A DNA stretch of 64,000 nt from Eutreptiella sp. 'Long Island Sound 2002' (taxonomy: Eukaryota > Protista > Euglenida), in NCBI GenBank assembly GCA_964036045.1, contig OZ038378.1, positions 54,498,001-54,562,000 of the forward strand, read 5' to 3'. The notes under the pieces are model-generated. The model did not search any database, was not told the DNA's origin, and was given only the letters and a program-made list of their open reading frames with translations. Of this stretch, positions 36,151 to 49,899 are shown one piece after another. The first letter of the stretch is position 1. Every line of letters begins with the position of its first letter. The position numbers and the translations under genes were made by a program.

Positions 36151-39099
36151 ATTGAAGTGGAAAAGGCTTTTGGGTCTTTGAGAGGATGAAATTGGGTGAT
36201 GGTGAGGACGCGTGTTTTTTTCTTGTTTCCCATCTCTTGTAAGCGTCTTTTGTGCCTGCTTGTTAACAATACCTACGGGAAGCGATATGTCCACACACCT
36301 CGTTGTGTTACGAGCAAAACCCTCCTACTATGTGTGTATGTGTGTCTGTGTGTGTGTCATTGCCTTGTGCACCGAAAAATGGTTGGCATTTCTTTTCGAC
36401 ATTTGTTTTCAACAACTGCTATGACCAATGGCGTTGCATCCTGTGCTTGCTTCTTTCCCATATGCCACAACCACCCACGTCTGTTTTTGACAAATACTGT
36501 TGGAAGAATCCATGGTATGTAGCTCAAGGGCCCTAGATGTGTAATGTTGCACGCCTACCGAGAGACATGTGCATTTGCTTTGGAAAAACACACCACGGGA
36601 AACATCGATCGGAATATTGGCACCCCGATTCTTCTTCTCACAACCCTACCATCTCACAAGTCGCCTCAAATGTGCAGATTCTATTTCACCAAATGACATA
36701 TTTATTCATTAAATGGCTTCACAACAATGCATAATCAAAAGTGTCGGAAGAGTGCTTTGTCGCGCAAAAATGACAAAGAAATGACCGTTGAGCCCTAGAT
36801 ATCCCGCGCACGTAATGTGTGGTGTGAGGGGATGGGCCATGTGCTAACCTTTTGGAGGGACATCTTGGCTATGATAGCCTCTAGGGATAAAACCAATGAC
36901 ATGCTAAACGTGCACTGCCTTGCTTGGAAGGGGGGGGCGTGTAATGTATTTGTGGGTTCTGTGCAGAGTGATTGGATAGTACCCAAAGCTAGGAGCCCTT
37001 CAAAACACCCTAAGTCTTCCAATGGCATTGGTAGAACAAGGACACAGGCAATTGCGCCACCACAAAGTATGAGAGAGGAGCAAGCATATGATGCGAGGTG
37101 ATAGGGCATCTTCAGGAGCAAAAGATGAAAAAAAGGGGGGGGGGGGGTGGAGTACCAATGTTGGGTGCATAGGCCAACCACAAAGACACAAGGACGGGAT
37201 TGTGCCCCCGAATTCAACCACAAGTGTGCACATAATGCTTGCGGCGGGCACCGTTAACAAGCAGGCAGAAGAGACCCAAAGGAAGGAAAAGAAGTAAAGA
37301 CCACATGTCTTCATCGTCACCAAACTCCCACGTTGAAAATAACGTCAAAAGTGAAAAGAAAAAAGTATGAGACAGCTCAAAACAGTTGGAGTATCTCGAC
37401 TGCATCCACAACCTTGTAAATTGCAGACGACTTTTAGGTGAAAAGAGGATAGGAAAGTAGTGATAACACAAGCGGTCCCTCCTAAACTTGATAGTCTACA
37501 TGCTTATGATGCAAAGATCAAACCAAGAGCTTCGGCAAGTCAGTTGCACTAAAAGTGAAGGAACGTTGTACGCGAGCGCTGTGTTGGCTTGAAGGGCACA
37601 ATGTACGAGGAGACGGGCAGTGACAGTATGTTGATGAGAGTCGTAACAATAAGCTCACTTCGGTCACGACAAAGCATTCAATGTGCATTGCCATTGGCGT
37701 TAAGAGTGATACCATTAGCAGTAGGTAGTGGTTTTACGGGCAGTGGCTCCAAAAACAACACTCCGAATCAACCGAAGTAACACAAAGGCATTGTCTTTTC
37801 CATGAGGGAGTTTGGAGTTGAGGAATTAGTTAGATCTACATCACAACTTATTCCACAAGAAAAATCAAAAGTTCCTCTGCTGGATGTCCAGGTATCAATG
37901 GCCTAAGTGTATTTAGCTTAGTATACTAGACATCACAAGCAAAGGACCACTGCAACGGCCCTACTTGCCCATGGCATGCAATGGATACAAATCAACCGAC
38001 GTGTGGTTCCAAATAAAGGTGCTAGGCTTCAAATACCATATTGACCAACGGGGACATGGTAAACCATGACGAGCCATCACCATTGATGCACAGCCTTTTT
38101 TTTTCACCATCACCTGTGTTCACTGATTGACTATTTGTGTCGTAGGGGTGCCATTTTGGGGCGTTTCTAGGGTATACTATGGGGAGGTCTTTGTCACAAC
38201 CAAACCAATTAGGTTGGTTCCTACAAATGCCGTCCCTTTTTTTTTTTTTTCATTTTGTCATTGCAACCTCCATTGGTCGCTATTTTGAGCAAACAAATGG
38301 GTGTTTTTGGCTAGAAGTGGGAGATTGCGGGTGCGTACCTCCCCATTTGGTGCATACCTCGGTCGAGAAGGGGGACACAAAATAATCTCCCCGGGAGTAA
38401 AATTTTCTTCAATGTGACACTTGTCCCCCTCCCCCAACCCCTTGAACCATAATTTCTACCTGTCGGGGATGTTCCCAACCTCTCACACCCTACTTTACCC
38501 CAATGGACTCCAAACCTAATTCAGCACCCTGTTTGACCCTGCCCCCCCACCTTCCCTTCGCCCTACAACCCCCCCCCCCCCCCCCGCCTACGCCATGCTC
38601 TACCACGTCCACAGAAATTTAGTGAACTTCTTTGCAGGCTACCCTGGCTACATGGGCAAAGCGGGTTCAATCACAGGCCCCCGATGCTGATACGAACTCA
38701 CGGAGTGCCCCCACGACTCACCGCCGGACCGCCTTGCCTTGCCCCCTTCCCTTTAATCCAACAGTTGTGCACCATCTGGTCCTTTGCCCCCTTTTCGGGG
38801 CAGCTGGACGCAGCCCCGCCCCTTGGCTGTGCTCCCCCGTGGTTATTCTCCGCCTTCTTTTGTCGTGTGCTCCCTTGCATCATCTGCCAATCATCTACCG
38901 ATTGAGTGCCCATTCCTTCGTCAGTCCTTGCCGCTCCTGTGTTTCTACTTCCTTCTTTCTCCTCCTTGCCCTTGACTGCTTGTTTTCCCATGTCCCCCTG
39001 CGCTTTCACTACTCCTCTAGTTTGCATATTCATTGTCTCTTTTGACCCGTGCAGCAGCTTGGTCGGGCTGTAGAGGTGCACTCTTATCGTTTGGCTCTA

Positions 39100-40213
39100 C
39101 TGGTCCAACTCAGCCACAGGACACCTTATGGTGTTCCCTGTCACCACTCCCACCGGTTCTGCCCTTCGAGTTCTCCTCAGTCTTGCAATCCTGGAGGCCA
39201 TCAATCCCAATGGGAATGTGGACCCGTGAGTGTTGTTGTTGTGTGTTAGGTAGTGCACGCATGGCCTAGCCGCCCAAGGCGCTGCGGACCAAGCACAAGC
39301 GCAAGACGTTGGGTCACACCAGCAAATAGACGTCCCCACGTTAGCAACAACCGTTATTGGTCCCTCCGAAAACACGTGCCCCTTGCGTTGCTATGTTCTT
39401 GCCTATGACTCTTGCCAACCATGTCATGTCACTCTTTCTCCTTTGTCTACCTTGCTTTCTTCGGAGAATGGCGCCTAGTCCGCTTTAGCCATGCCCCTCT
39501 TAGATGCCGCCACTGCCTCACTCTTCTGTACCCTCCTCTTTGGTGCTCGCACCGCCCTGATAGACTTTGCAGCTGGCTCCGCCTTGCTTTTCCTTGGGCG
39601 CCCAAGAGGGTTTTTGTATAGGGCCATGTTGATTTCAATCTCGGCGACAAATATCACCGCCCATTTGCTGTTGACGATGTGCTCTTATTTCGAGCTCTTG
39701 CTGATGTGGCGACTTGGGTGCACCAATCTTGCACGCAGGAAATTGTGCAATACCCTCAGTTCAACATCACTACCCGTTGGCTTCAAGACGGGTATGTGGC
39801 CGGCCACTGCACTCTTCATCACATCCGGCCTAGGTCCACCCACATACGCCACCATTGCCTCCTTGTTGAGTGGGGTGTACCCACTCGGGCGTAGTCCCTG
39901 TTGCAGGCTCCTGCGGGCAATGGTGATGGTCCGGTGGCGCCTGGGGATGTACTGCCCAAGCCCCTTCAAGTTGGGCACGGATTTGGTCTTCTGGAAGAGG
40001 TCCGCGTATTTGGGATTCATATGAGAGCCAGTGGGCGGCCCGCGGAGCCACGAAGGAGCAGTTCACGGTCGGTGCAGCCCACGTTCGCCTCGTTGCCGTG
40101 ACGCTGTGGACTTTGTAATCTCGGAACTGAAACTTCGTGGCGAGGTCTTTGGCGGGCTGAAGGCACACCCCATGGACGATCCACATTGGTGTCTTGTCCC
40201 CATCAGCAGCCAC
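39100..40213 (-). pseudogene. Decayed ORF with an AT-hook (LGRPRKSK) and basic region; possibly a TE accessory or gag-like gene
   Basis: ORFs 39830..40213, 39685..40020 and 39475..39657 form a near-continuous frame broken by stops and frameshifts. Family not recognised. Confidence 0.35.
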
Positions 40214-40559
40214 GACGAAGGACTAGTGGCTCCGCTAAGTAGGGCTCAATGGCCCCCCATCTGTTGGGTTGTAGAGCGCAAAGGGGATGTCCGGCAAGCA
40301 TCCCGTGCGTCCGGAGAGTGGCCGGCATGTGCTACTCATCGCACTCTTGAACTTCAGCAGTTGGGCCTATTGGTCGCTTTACTCATGGAGTGCGGTGTCT
40401 GCTAACCCCATGGGGCGCGCAAATGAACACGTTTTTTTCCATTTGTTCGCCATGACTTCGCTGCGCTCGTACTCTACATCACAGGACATCCATATCGGTC
40501 ATCTTTATCCCCCGCGTAGCGCAGCGCAAGGCGCTCCGAACATTAACACGACAAGAAAA

Positions 40560-40960
40560 AAATGCAACAAAAAAAGGGTCCCAAAGCGGCATCGGTGTGC
40601 ACCATGGTTCTGTACGCCTAGGGTCGGATCCCCTTGGTTCCTTTTGCAGGTGATGTGGCATCTTTGGGACTACATAAACCACTCCACTTGGCCATTCATT
40701 CCACATTCCACATTAACATCAATTAGCAACACAAGGGTTTTTGACTATGGCAACCATACGTACTATATAGAGGCAAAAAGAGCAAGAAAGGCCCCAAAAA
40801 GTCCTCCGTGTGCACCGTGGTTCTCTGAGCGGGTCTTACGAATCCCCGAGTTCCGATGGCATGTGATGCAGCGGCTTTAGCCCTCCACAAACCACACTCA
40901 TGTGTCCATGAACTCCATACTGGCGGGGCGCGGTACGTGTTCTATTGGTAGGCAGCAACG
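40560..40960 (+). repeat. ~215-235-bp satellite, left block (about 2 units)
   Basis: GTGCACC.TGGTTCT...CTTACGAATCCCC...GCATGTGATG at 40596 and 40809; same family as 46640-47560. Confidence 0.75.
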
Positions 40961-41539
40961 CCAGTTTTTGGATGTGGTAATAAGGGAGGGGGGGGGTTCT
41001 CAGAAATCGGAGATCCTCCTTAAAAAACTGCCCCCAGTGCCAAATTTAAAAAGGGGGGGGTTGGGGGGGAGTTAAGGGGGTTTTCAGCTGCGTAAGAGTT
41101 TCGTCCGCAGGAAGGGCACGCCGGTCCACCAAATCCCCCCCCACAACCGCCACACGAAATGAAATACATACGGTCGGGCACCTCCAAACGGATGGGTATG
41201 TTGTCTAGGTGTGATCACACAATTCACACCGCCCCTACCAACGTCTCCGTGCATCCCCTTGCGGTCTACAGGGTCCCCAGCCTCAACGTGGCGTGCCGGT
41301 GAACCCACATGGGCACGCTACCAATTTGTTTCATGGCGGCCAATGGGGGTTCCAGTTGAGCCCATTGAGTTGCAAATGACTCGATGGAAGACACACATTC
41401 AGGGACGTGTGCTGTCGACGGTGGGCAGTGCACGAATGGAGAGGCCTAAAGTCACAGCAGAACAGCAACCACAGCCACTGTACGAACAGTGTAGCACTGG
41501 ACACAATTGCTTTTGCTGCAACGAGGGGTAGGGTCTTGG

Positions 41540-41815
41540 CATATGCCACTGGGAGGTTAGGTCGTGCTGCACGATGCCTGCACATGCTTTCCTCAATGAT
41601 TGACTACAGCTGACGAGGTGGCATACCGGCTGCTGCACTGTGCCTGCACCTGCACTCCTGAACCATTGACTACAACCGACAAGGTGGCATACCGGCTGCT
41701 GCACTGAGTCGGCACCTGCACCCCTGCACGATTGACTACAGCCGACGAGGTGGCATACCGGCTGCTGCACTGTGCGTGCACCTGCACCCTTGAACAATTG
41801 ACTACAGCTGGCGAG
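41540..41815 (+). repeat. 66-bp tandem repeat x4
   Basis: TTGACTACA at 41600, 41666, 41732 and 41798. Confidence 0.9.
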
Positions 41816-44544
41816 GTGAGCGGGTGGCTTGGAGAAGAGTGGGCAAAACTAGCCCCCCCCCCCCCCACGGCAGGTCTGAGGTTGAAAACCCTGCCCTGAA
41901 CATTGCTGCACACCAGAGCCAGGACAAACAAGGGCGATGCCCACTGTCACCTCAGCTGCCTGCGTGCTTGTTGTGCAGGTTGCCCATTTTTTGGATGTTT
42001 GCTCACGCAAGGTGCCCGCACTGCGTGTCTCATCCGGAATAGGGATCCAACTGGTGTAGCGGGTACCAGCATGAGACTGTGGTAGTGTTACTACCCCATT
42101 CTAGGATGGGCTCCCAAATCACGACCATTTCTGCATGTTCACATGTGCTATGCACCCGCACTAAGCGTCACACCCAGTATAGTGGTCGAATCGGAGTAGC
42201 GGGCCGGAGTAGCAGCAAGCGAATAGTTGCGGTATTGACGGCCCGATTTGGGGTGGGCTCGCGTGATCTGTATGGTTGAGTTGCCCCGATCTAGAGGTGG
42301 GCCACCACTGTCTCTGCAGCTTTGTGCGATGCCTCTCGTCCGCTTCTGTGGTGCGCAGGAGGCGTGTCCCTGCCCCCCCCCCCCCCGCTCCTGCAGCGCC
42401 TATATGTCCGTACGTGCAGCCACCCCTCCCCATTGGCGCAGTTTGTGCGTGAGTCAGGGTAGACACGGCGGCCTAGCAGCGAGTGTGTCAATCCCCAGCC
42501 GTGACCTTGCGGGAGCACATGATGGCAATGTATCTTCGTGCACTGCCATTCATGCCACGTACATACTTTGAGGTGCCTGATTGCCGTTTCTGTCACATGC
42601 AGGCAGGCAATTGTTAAACCCATGTCATAGTGTGCCCCCGCCTTGTACGTGAGGTCTGGTCATGCATTGCTCGGTGTGAATAACTTGCTGGTTGTTGAGC
42701 TGCGAGCGCAGCTTGTGCAGCATTTAGACGTCCCCGCTGTTTTCCATACTCTAGCTGGAGTTTGTCATGTAGTGGTAGCCCCTGACTTTGACGTGCCTTG
42801 TCTTAGCAAACTACATCCCTCCCCAGTGTCAGAACAATTGGTGATTGTCACGTGGTCCGGTCATGTATGGGCGCGACACTCCGAGCGTCGCCATCCCTTG
42901 ACCATGCATGCGTCCCTGGTTGACGTGTTGTGCACTGAAGTGTTCAGGGTCATGAGCATGCAAATGCCTTTTCTGGCCCCTTGCGTATGCGAGATGTATA
43001 TGGTGCGGGCAAGGCGTTTAGGTCCTTTCAGCATGGAGCTCGGCTGCCCAACAAGTGCTAAGCTCACGGCTGGGCAACTAGCGTCTTGACTCGTGCGGGT
43101 CAACCCAAGAGAGCACGTGTCACCCGAGCAGGTTTGGGACGTCCACTTGCCTGAAGTGGCGCTGCAATCGCCCTCTGCAGGAGACTATACAGTGGTGTAT
43201 TGCACGGCAAAGGTCTGCTGGGCAGCTAACGCTCAGAGCTTGGGCGATGGGACGCTTGTGGTCTGCACATGTTCTGTTCCGATGGCGCCTCATTGGCATG
43301 TTTTGCTGGGGGGCGCAGGGTGGACGGTGCTCGTGGACCATTTTTTCCGGACAACCAACAATCATCGTCTCGGAATCATACGAAAGCCGGTTGCCTTCAA
43401 CGCGTGTCCTAGGGCGGCGGTCAGGGCAGGGCAAGCGCAGCAACGAAACAAACCCGATCTAGAGGTGGGCTCCTGCAGGTGGAAGCGACGGTCCAATCTA
43501 GGTGTGGGCTCCCGAGTGACATCGACGATGGTGTGCGTCACGGACGGAGCGAACAGCGAGGCGCGCAGCCTTGAGGCGCACGGCGGAGCGCGGTCCCAAG
43601 CAAGAGTAACGGGCACAGGCACACGGCGGCCAGAGGGAGGCACAGCAGGGCGAAAAACCAGGGCGCATCCCGGCGCGGAGCCCGGGCAGCACACAGCACG
43701 GAGGGGATAGGGAACGCGACGGCGCAGCGCGCCGCCCGATCATGGGTGGGCCCCTAGGCAGAAGGAGGGTGCGAGAGCACTCCGCAGCAAGCCAACCCGG
43801 TACAGACCCCGGGGAACCTCAACCTGAACCTGAATCTACCGACGTCCATGGTAGGGTTTCGTTCGCTTGCGTATTTCCAGCCATGGGCACCGGAAACCTC
43901 GGGACTATGGGTCTCCGAGGCGGCCATGGGGTTCGAAACACACCATGGGGTTAGAAATGCAACATGGTACTTGAAGCGTATCAAAGGCGGTCATGGAGTT
44001 AAGAATGAACCAGAGGCTTGAAAATACACCATGGGGTGAGAAATGCAGCAAGGGGAGGGCATAAAATAAGGTGTGTGTGTGTGTGTGTGACAATACTGGT
44101 CGTTGATGGAACTCCGGGGGCCCTTAAGGCTACGGCGTGCTAGGCCTCCCTACCCGCGCCATTGTGTGGGCCTTCCAGTCCTAATGTGCATGGTACTATA
44201 GGGGAAGGAGAGGGAGAGGTGGGAGGTATAGGGGGTGGAGGAGGTATCAATTTGTGTCTTGTGTGTGCATGTAGCTCCGCCTGTTTCTTGCGCCCTAACG
44301 TCTTCACCATGCTTCGCTTCTTAGCACTTTGCTTGGGAGCGGTGATGGGCCGCTTGGTGCCCTTGTAGGGCACAACTTCCTTTTTCAGGAGAAATTCCAC
44401 CCCGGAAGAACATGTAGCAGAGGAGGAAGATGAGGAAGAAGAGGAGCTATTACGGTCTTGGAAAGGTGCAAAATTCTCGTTGCCGCTAGACAAATACTTA
44501 TCTGCTAAAGAACCGGAGCCCTTCATCTTCTTTGACCAACACAA

Positions 44545-45000
44545 CAAAGGGGACAAGATCAGAATTGGCTGCCTCACCCCTACCTTCATAGGGGTCCACA
44601 AGTGGGTGGAATTTCTTCGTCACCCTGGCATTCTTGGGGGTCCCCAACAAAGTGGACAAAATCAGAATTGGCTACCTCACCATTGCCTTCTTAGGTGCCC
44701 AGAAGTTGGCGGACTTGCTACGTCACCCCTGCATTCTGGGGGGTTCCAAGCAAAGTGGACCAAAACAGAATTGGCTGTGTCACCCCTGCCTTCGCGGGGG
44801 TCCACAAGTGGGCGGATAGCTACGTCACCCCTGCATTCTCGGGGGTCCCTTGACGTGGGGACAAAATCAAAAGTGGCTACCTCAGCCATGGCCTTCCCCG
44901 GGGCCCACAGCTGGGCGGAGCTGCTATGTAACCCCCGTGTTCTCGGCGGTCCCCCGCGAAGAGGACAAAATCAAAAGTGGCCGCATTGTGGGCAATGACA
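44545..45000 (+). repeat. ~102-bp tandem repeat x5
   Basis: GGACAAAATCA(G/A)AA(T/G)TGGC recurs about every 102 bp. Confidence 0.85.
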
Positions 45001-45169
45001 AAAATTTGGACGTGCAGCCTCAAATAATGTCACCAAAAAATTGGCAAAAAGGGCGTGCTTGCTTCGCAAAACACCCTTAGAAACCCCCCACGGACCATTT
45101 CTTAAAAAGGGGAGGGGTGTCCAAAAAAACCCACGCCATCAGATCTCGGAAAAGCCCCCCCCCCCCCGC

Positions 45170-46625
45170 TACAAGGGGGCGGGGAGTTGCCAGGGGACAA
45201 TTTCGACGGGGATAATTTACGACAGGGGGAAAATTTCGCCACCTCCAGGTGTCCTGAGGTTTGTTGTCATATCCTAGTGGGCTCTGGATGATCCCCGTAA
45301 TTTCTTGGTGGGCTCTCGATGGTTCTTGTTATTTCTTGGTGGGCTTTGGATGGTTCCTGATATTTCCTGGTGGGCTCTCGATGGTTCCTGATATTCCCTG
45401 GTGGGCTCTCGATGGTTCCTGATATTTCCTGATGGGCCTTGGATGGTTACTGTTATTTCCTGGTGGGCTCTAGATGGTTCGTGGTATTTCCTGGTGGGCT
45501 CTGAATGATTCCTAGTGGTTCCTGGTGGGCTCTCGGTGGTTCTTGTTATTTCCTGGTGGGCTCTGGATGGTTCCTCGTAGGGGTGGAAGATCATCAACAC
45601 GCTCAACCTTTGGCACACAATCCAAACCCTTGGCCCAAGAGGCTTTTACCCAAGAGGGAAGTTGTGGGTGCGTAAGCCATTGGGACACCCACAAAGTAGT
45701 TTAAAATCACGTGCCCATGATTCATTGAAATAGATGTTGTCAGCGGCAAATGGTCCGCGGGAAGCCTTTCTAACCTCATGGGCCATAACTAGAATTCCCT
45801 CTTCATCGATTACTGCACCCTGAGGCCGTGTCCCTTGAAAATGTTTCACCACAGCGGCAGTTTCTGTGGCTGACAATTTTGAAGGTCACCCAAGGGGGTT
45901 CTCTTGGCAAAGCGATGTGCCCGATCGCGAAGCATACTCCGAGGAGGGCAAGCATTGCCGTATTGAACCTTGCAACCAGCCATGTTTTTGTGAAGATAAA
46001 GTAATGCTGCATCCTCGCGCTGCTGTTGGTCCCAATCTGCCCACGGCTGTGACTTGTACGACTTGCGCTTCTGCTTTTTTGATTTTGGCGGCAAAGTGGA
46101 TGCAAACGATTTCAAATTCTCCCCAAGGCCATCCACAGCAGTTTCCGTGCTAGACCGTCGACTTTATCCATCTTGAAGCCAAACAGCCAAAAAGCAAAGA
46201 AAAAAAAAGACAATCTAAAGCGCAAGCCCGACAAGTGACAACCATGGGCACAAACGGACCACTATGAGGATGCAACATGTTTTGCATTACAGGCTTGCAA
46301 GTTTGCTGTTTCCGGAAATAATGGGTCATGCGACAGCAAAACGGAAGGTGGTGTTCTCTTGATACCGACCAATGGCGGTTATTTTTCAAAACCTGGGGCA
46401 ACACGGCATTCCAATGCATTCTGGGCACAACCATTGCATGTTGCAAACAAAAACATGCCTGGGCTTCTCTCTGCTTGGTACACCGCTCGTGCATGTCTGA
46501 ACTCACAGTACTCACCTGTCACACGTTGCAAAAATTTAGCCAGGGGGAAAATTTCGCCACTTTTCCTAACGGCGAAAATTTCCCTGCGAAATTCTCCCCT
46601 CCCAAAATTCCCCCCCCACGTATGG
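45170..46625. mobile_element. Element E: small non-autonomous TIR-like element with GGGG-AATTTCG subterminal arrays
   Basis: Left GGGGACAATTTCGACGGGGATAATTTACGACAGGGGGAAAATTTCGCC; right CAGGGGAAAATTTCGCC...GGCGAAAATTTCCCTGCGAAATTCTCCCC. Exact ends and TSD not resolved. Confidence 0.4.
45272..45580 (+). repeat. 31-bp tandem repeat x~10
   Basis: TTTCCTGGTGGGCTCTCGATGGTTCCTGATA at a 31-bp period. Confidence 0.9.
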
Positions 46626-46639
46626 TAATCCTACACGAT

Positions 46640-47560
46640 GGAGGCACAAACACCAAAAAAAAGGCCCCTGAACATCGTCGGTGTGCATTGTAGTTCTCTG
46701 AGCCCGTCTTACGAATCTCCTTGGCTCTTTTGCATGTGATGGAGCGGCTCTGCGCTTACGCCAAACATCCTAACTTGTCCACTCACTCCACATTGGCAAG
46801 GCAAGGCACATGTTCAACAAAGGGGGTCTTGACTTTGGCAATCACACATACTATAGGCAAAAACAGAAAACAAAAAAAAACAAAAAAAGGCCGCAAAACG
46901 CCATTGGTGTGCAACATGGTTCTCTGAGCCCGTCTTACCAATCCCCTCGATTCCTTTTGCATGTGATGGAGCGGCTCTGGTCTTACACAAAACACCCATC
47001 ACTTGTCCATTTACTCCACATTGGCAAGGCAAGGCACGTTTTCTGCGATCAGGCAGCAACGAAGGGCTTTTTGCCTTTGGCAGTCACGCAAACTACAGGC
47101 AAAAACAGCCAAAAAAAAAAAAAAGGCCGCAAAACGTCGTTGGTGTGCACCATGGTTCTTTGAGCCTATCTTACGAATTCCCTTGGTTCCTTTTACATGT
47201 GATGGTACGGCTTTCGGCCTACACAAAACATTGTCACTTGTCCATGAACTCCACATTGGCAAGGCAAGGCACCTGTTCTACCATCAAGCAGCAAAACAGG
47301 GTTTTTTGATTGTGGTAATTGTACACACTATCCGCAAAGACAGCAAAATAGGCCCCAAAACGTCGTCCATGTGCACCATAGTTCTCTGAGCCTATTTTAT
47401 GAATTCCCTTGGTTCCTTTTGCATGTGATGGAGCGGCTCTGGGCCTCAACAAAGGATTCTCACCTGTCCGTTAATGCCACGCTGGCAAGGCATGGCACGT
47501 GTTCTACCACCACGCAACAGCGCAAGAGTTTTGCGTGATTGTTAATTTGAAAAACACCAT
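46640..47560 (+). repeat. ~230-bp satellite, right block (4 units)
   Basis: GTGCA.CAT.GTTCT.TGAGCC at about 46682, 46909, 47146 and 47371. Confidence 0.9.
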
Positions 47561-49899
47561 AGGCAACTTCTTCTTCTTCACAACATGTCACCAAAATACT
47601 CCTCCGCTAGGGAGTCCAGATCATCCAGTGCTGGGAGATCCAAAACTCCCATAAAAAATCCTCCACAGGAGACCAGGCGACCAACGCCTCAAACAAGCCC
47701 TTGAAGAGGCGGCCTTGTCCGTGGATTGTGAACTGGAACAACCATCTCCCCAACAAAAGCGGCGGTAGATGGTTTTTATGTAGATAACAAGTGTGGAAAA
47801 GGTTACGTGTTGGGGAGAGAGAAGATGTTCAACAAGTCTCAGGGGATGGCAGCGACGTGGACTGGGGGGATACACAAGACAGTGAATCCACTCAAAAGGA
47901 GCGCTAGTGGCTCCTGTTCCCAGTTGATAGCCAATGGGGGTGTCACGGGATCTAGGGACAGCACCAGATTGGGTTGCCACCACAACACCATCCATTCCCA
48001 CAAGCACCGAGCTGCAACCGCCAGCCCCCAACGACACCGGAGCACGTTCCTCATCACCTGAGAGGTGAAACGAAAAGGATAAGGGACGGGAACAAGAAGC
48101 AGGCTCCAAGCAGCGCTGGAAGTCCATCAATACCTCGCACTTCCTCCATCCCTGGCGCTAATTGTCCGCACCCCCTTTGTCGCGCAGCCATATGCCGTGT
48201 CCCTAGTGCACCCAGGGCACCTGGATCTCCCAGAACTACCACACCCCGCTGGAGCACGTCCTGCCCCATCGCTGTGCCGCGGTGGCTGGGAGGGGGTGGG
48301 GTTGGGGTGTAAACCGCAGCATCACTGCCCCTCAGGTTGCATGGCCTAAGGGGGCGCAACTCCAAGCCCCCACACCACGGTGAGGTAGGGACCCCTGAGC
48401 AGCAGTGGGGGTCACATGGGGCTGCATCAGACGGTATTGCTGCCTTGGGTTTCACTCTTGTGCAATGAAAAACAGACAGACAGACAGACAGACGGACGGA
48501 CGGACGGACAGACGGATGGGCATTGATACATGGGCACAACAGCAGTGAGTGTACACACGCACACACATGGACACGTGCAAACACATGTGGTGACACCAGA
48601 CAAGTCCTCCAAAACTCAACCTATGTGTTAGCGGCAATCACTTGAGGGGTATCTGCCACAACTGCAGCTGCCACTGCCTCCCCAACTGTCTCTTGTGCAT
48701 TTATATCCTTTACTTCACTCAGTCCTCTGCACCCTTGCCCTTGCCCTTGCCCTTGCCCTTACCCTTGCCCTTTCCCGTGATCGTCCCTGGTGGCATGCCC
48801 ACTAGCAACCCCTTTCCCCTTACCCAAGGGCCCCACATTTCCGTGTATCCCTTGCCACCCGTCATCCCCTTTATACTCCGGGCTTTCTGTTGATTCTTCT
48901 GCAACTGCATTTGGCGGTTGTCGTCGATGACGCCCTGCACATGGGCTGCAAGGTCTGCAAACTCCTGCAAACGAATAGCAAACATTGCCCCTGTTTGGAC
49001 CCATAGCCAAAATCAAATCCATGCATCAGAAATGGGTCTGACCGGAACCCCCCCCCCCTTCTTCAGATGTCTGAGGCCCCAGAACCAACAACTGTGCTAG
49101 GTGTATTATTGGGGATCCCAAAAAAGAAAGATTCGTCCTCGCTATGGCTGATAAGCTTGAGTGATAATTCAGAAAAAAGAGCGCTCTCCTGCAGATTAAA
49201 TGTCCCCAGAGGAATGAGTGGCACATGGGTGCACACAAAAAGCAAATTGGGTGACTCACACCAGAATGTTGCAACACATCGGTGTGCGCGCAAGCCCTCC
49301 CAAGATCAGGCTCCCTATGGTACTGCTGTCTGGACATGCCCGCAGGCTTCAACATCCAGCACTCTTTCTTCCACCTCGACACTGAACTTCACTTCCAACC
49401 ACAGATCTAGCCTTGAGGAATAAATAACCCCTCAGCAATTTCTAGTCCCCTTTTCCCTCCTGCCGTACAACCAATGACCGGGCCATGATACAGTCAGATG
49501 AGAACCATCCTTCGCAATTGCCCCCAGACATGTGTCCAAATGGACTGAATTGCATTCTGCCCTAAGTTCCTGTGCTGGGCCAGACACTGGGATCCAGTCT
49601 ATCAGACCCAACCATTGAGCCCCCCCAGGACAAGGCTAGCCACTACTGGTCCATGTGGTCCCATAGAATAGTTGGAATACTCTGGTGTTTCAACTGATGT
49701 TGCACAGCCTGTGTGTGGTGCATCCCAACACCATTAAGGAACACACACTTATGGCACACTACCAACCGTTCTAAAAGCAAAGGGCGGTGTGCCAAACATA
49801 ATTCGGTGCTTTAAGTGTCAGATTTGCCGGTACTGTCACTGAATCTGTGTCACATTGTTCAGCAGGGAAACAAGACAACTACTGGCACCACCACTGGCA

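Noticed and set aside
48719-48985. GKGKGK ORF as a host RNA-binding gene exon
   Set aside because: The pattern comes from a (CCCTTG)n hexamer run, and no neighbouring exons can be supported.
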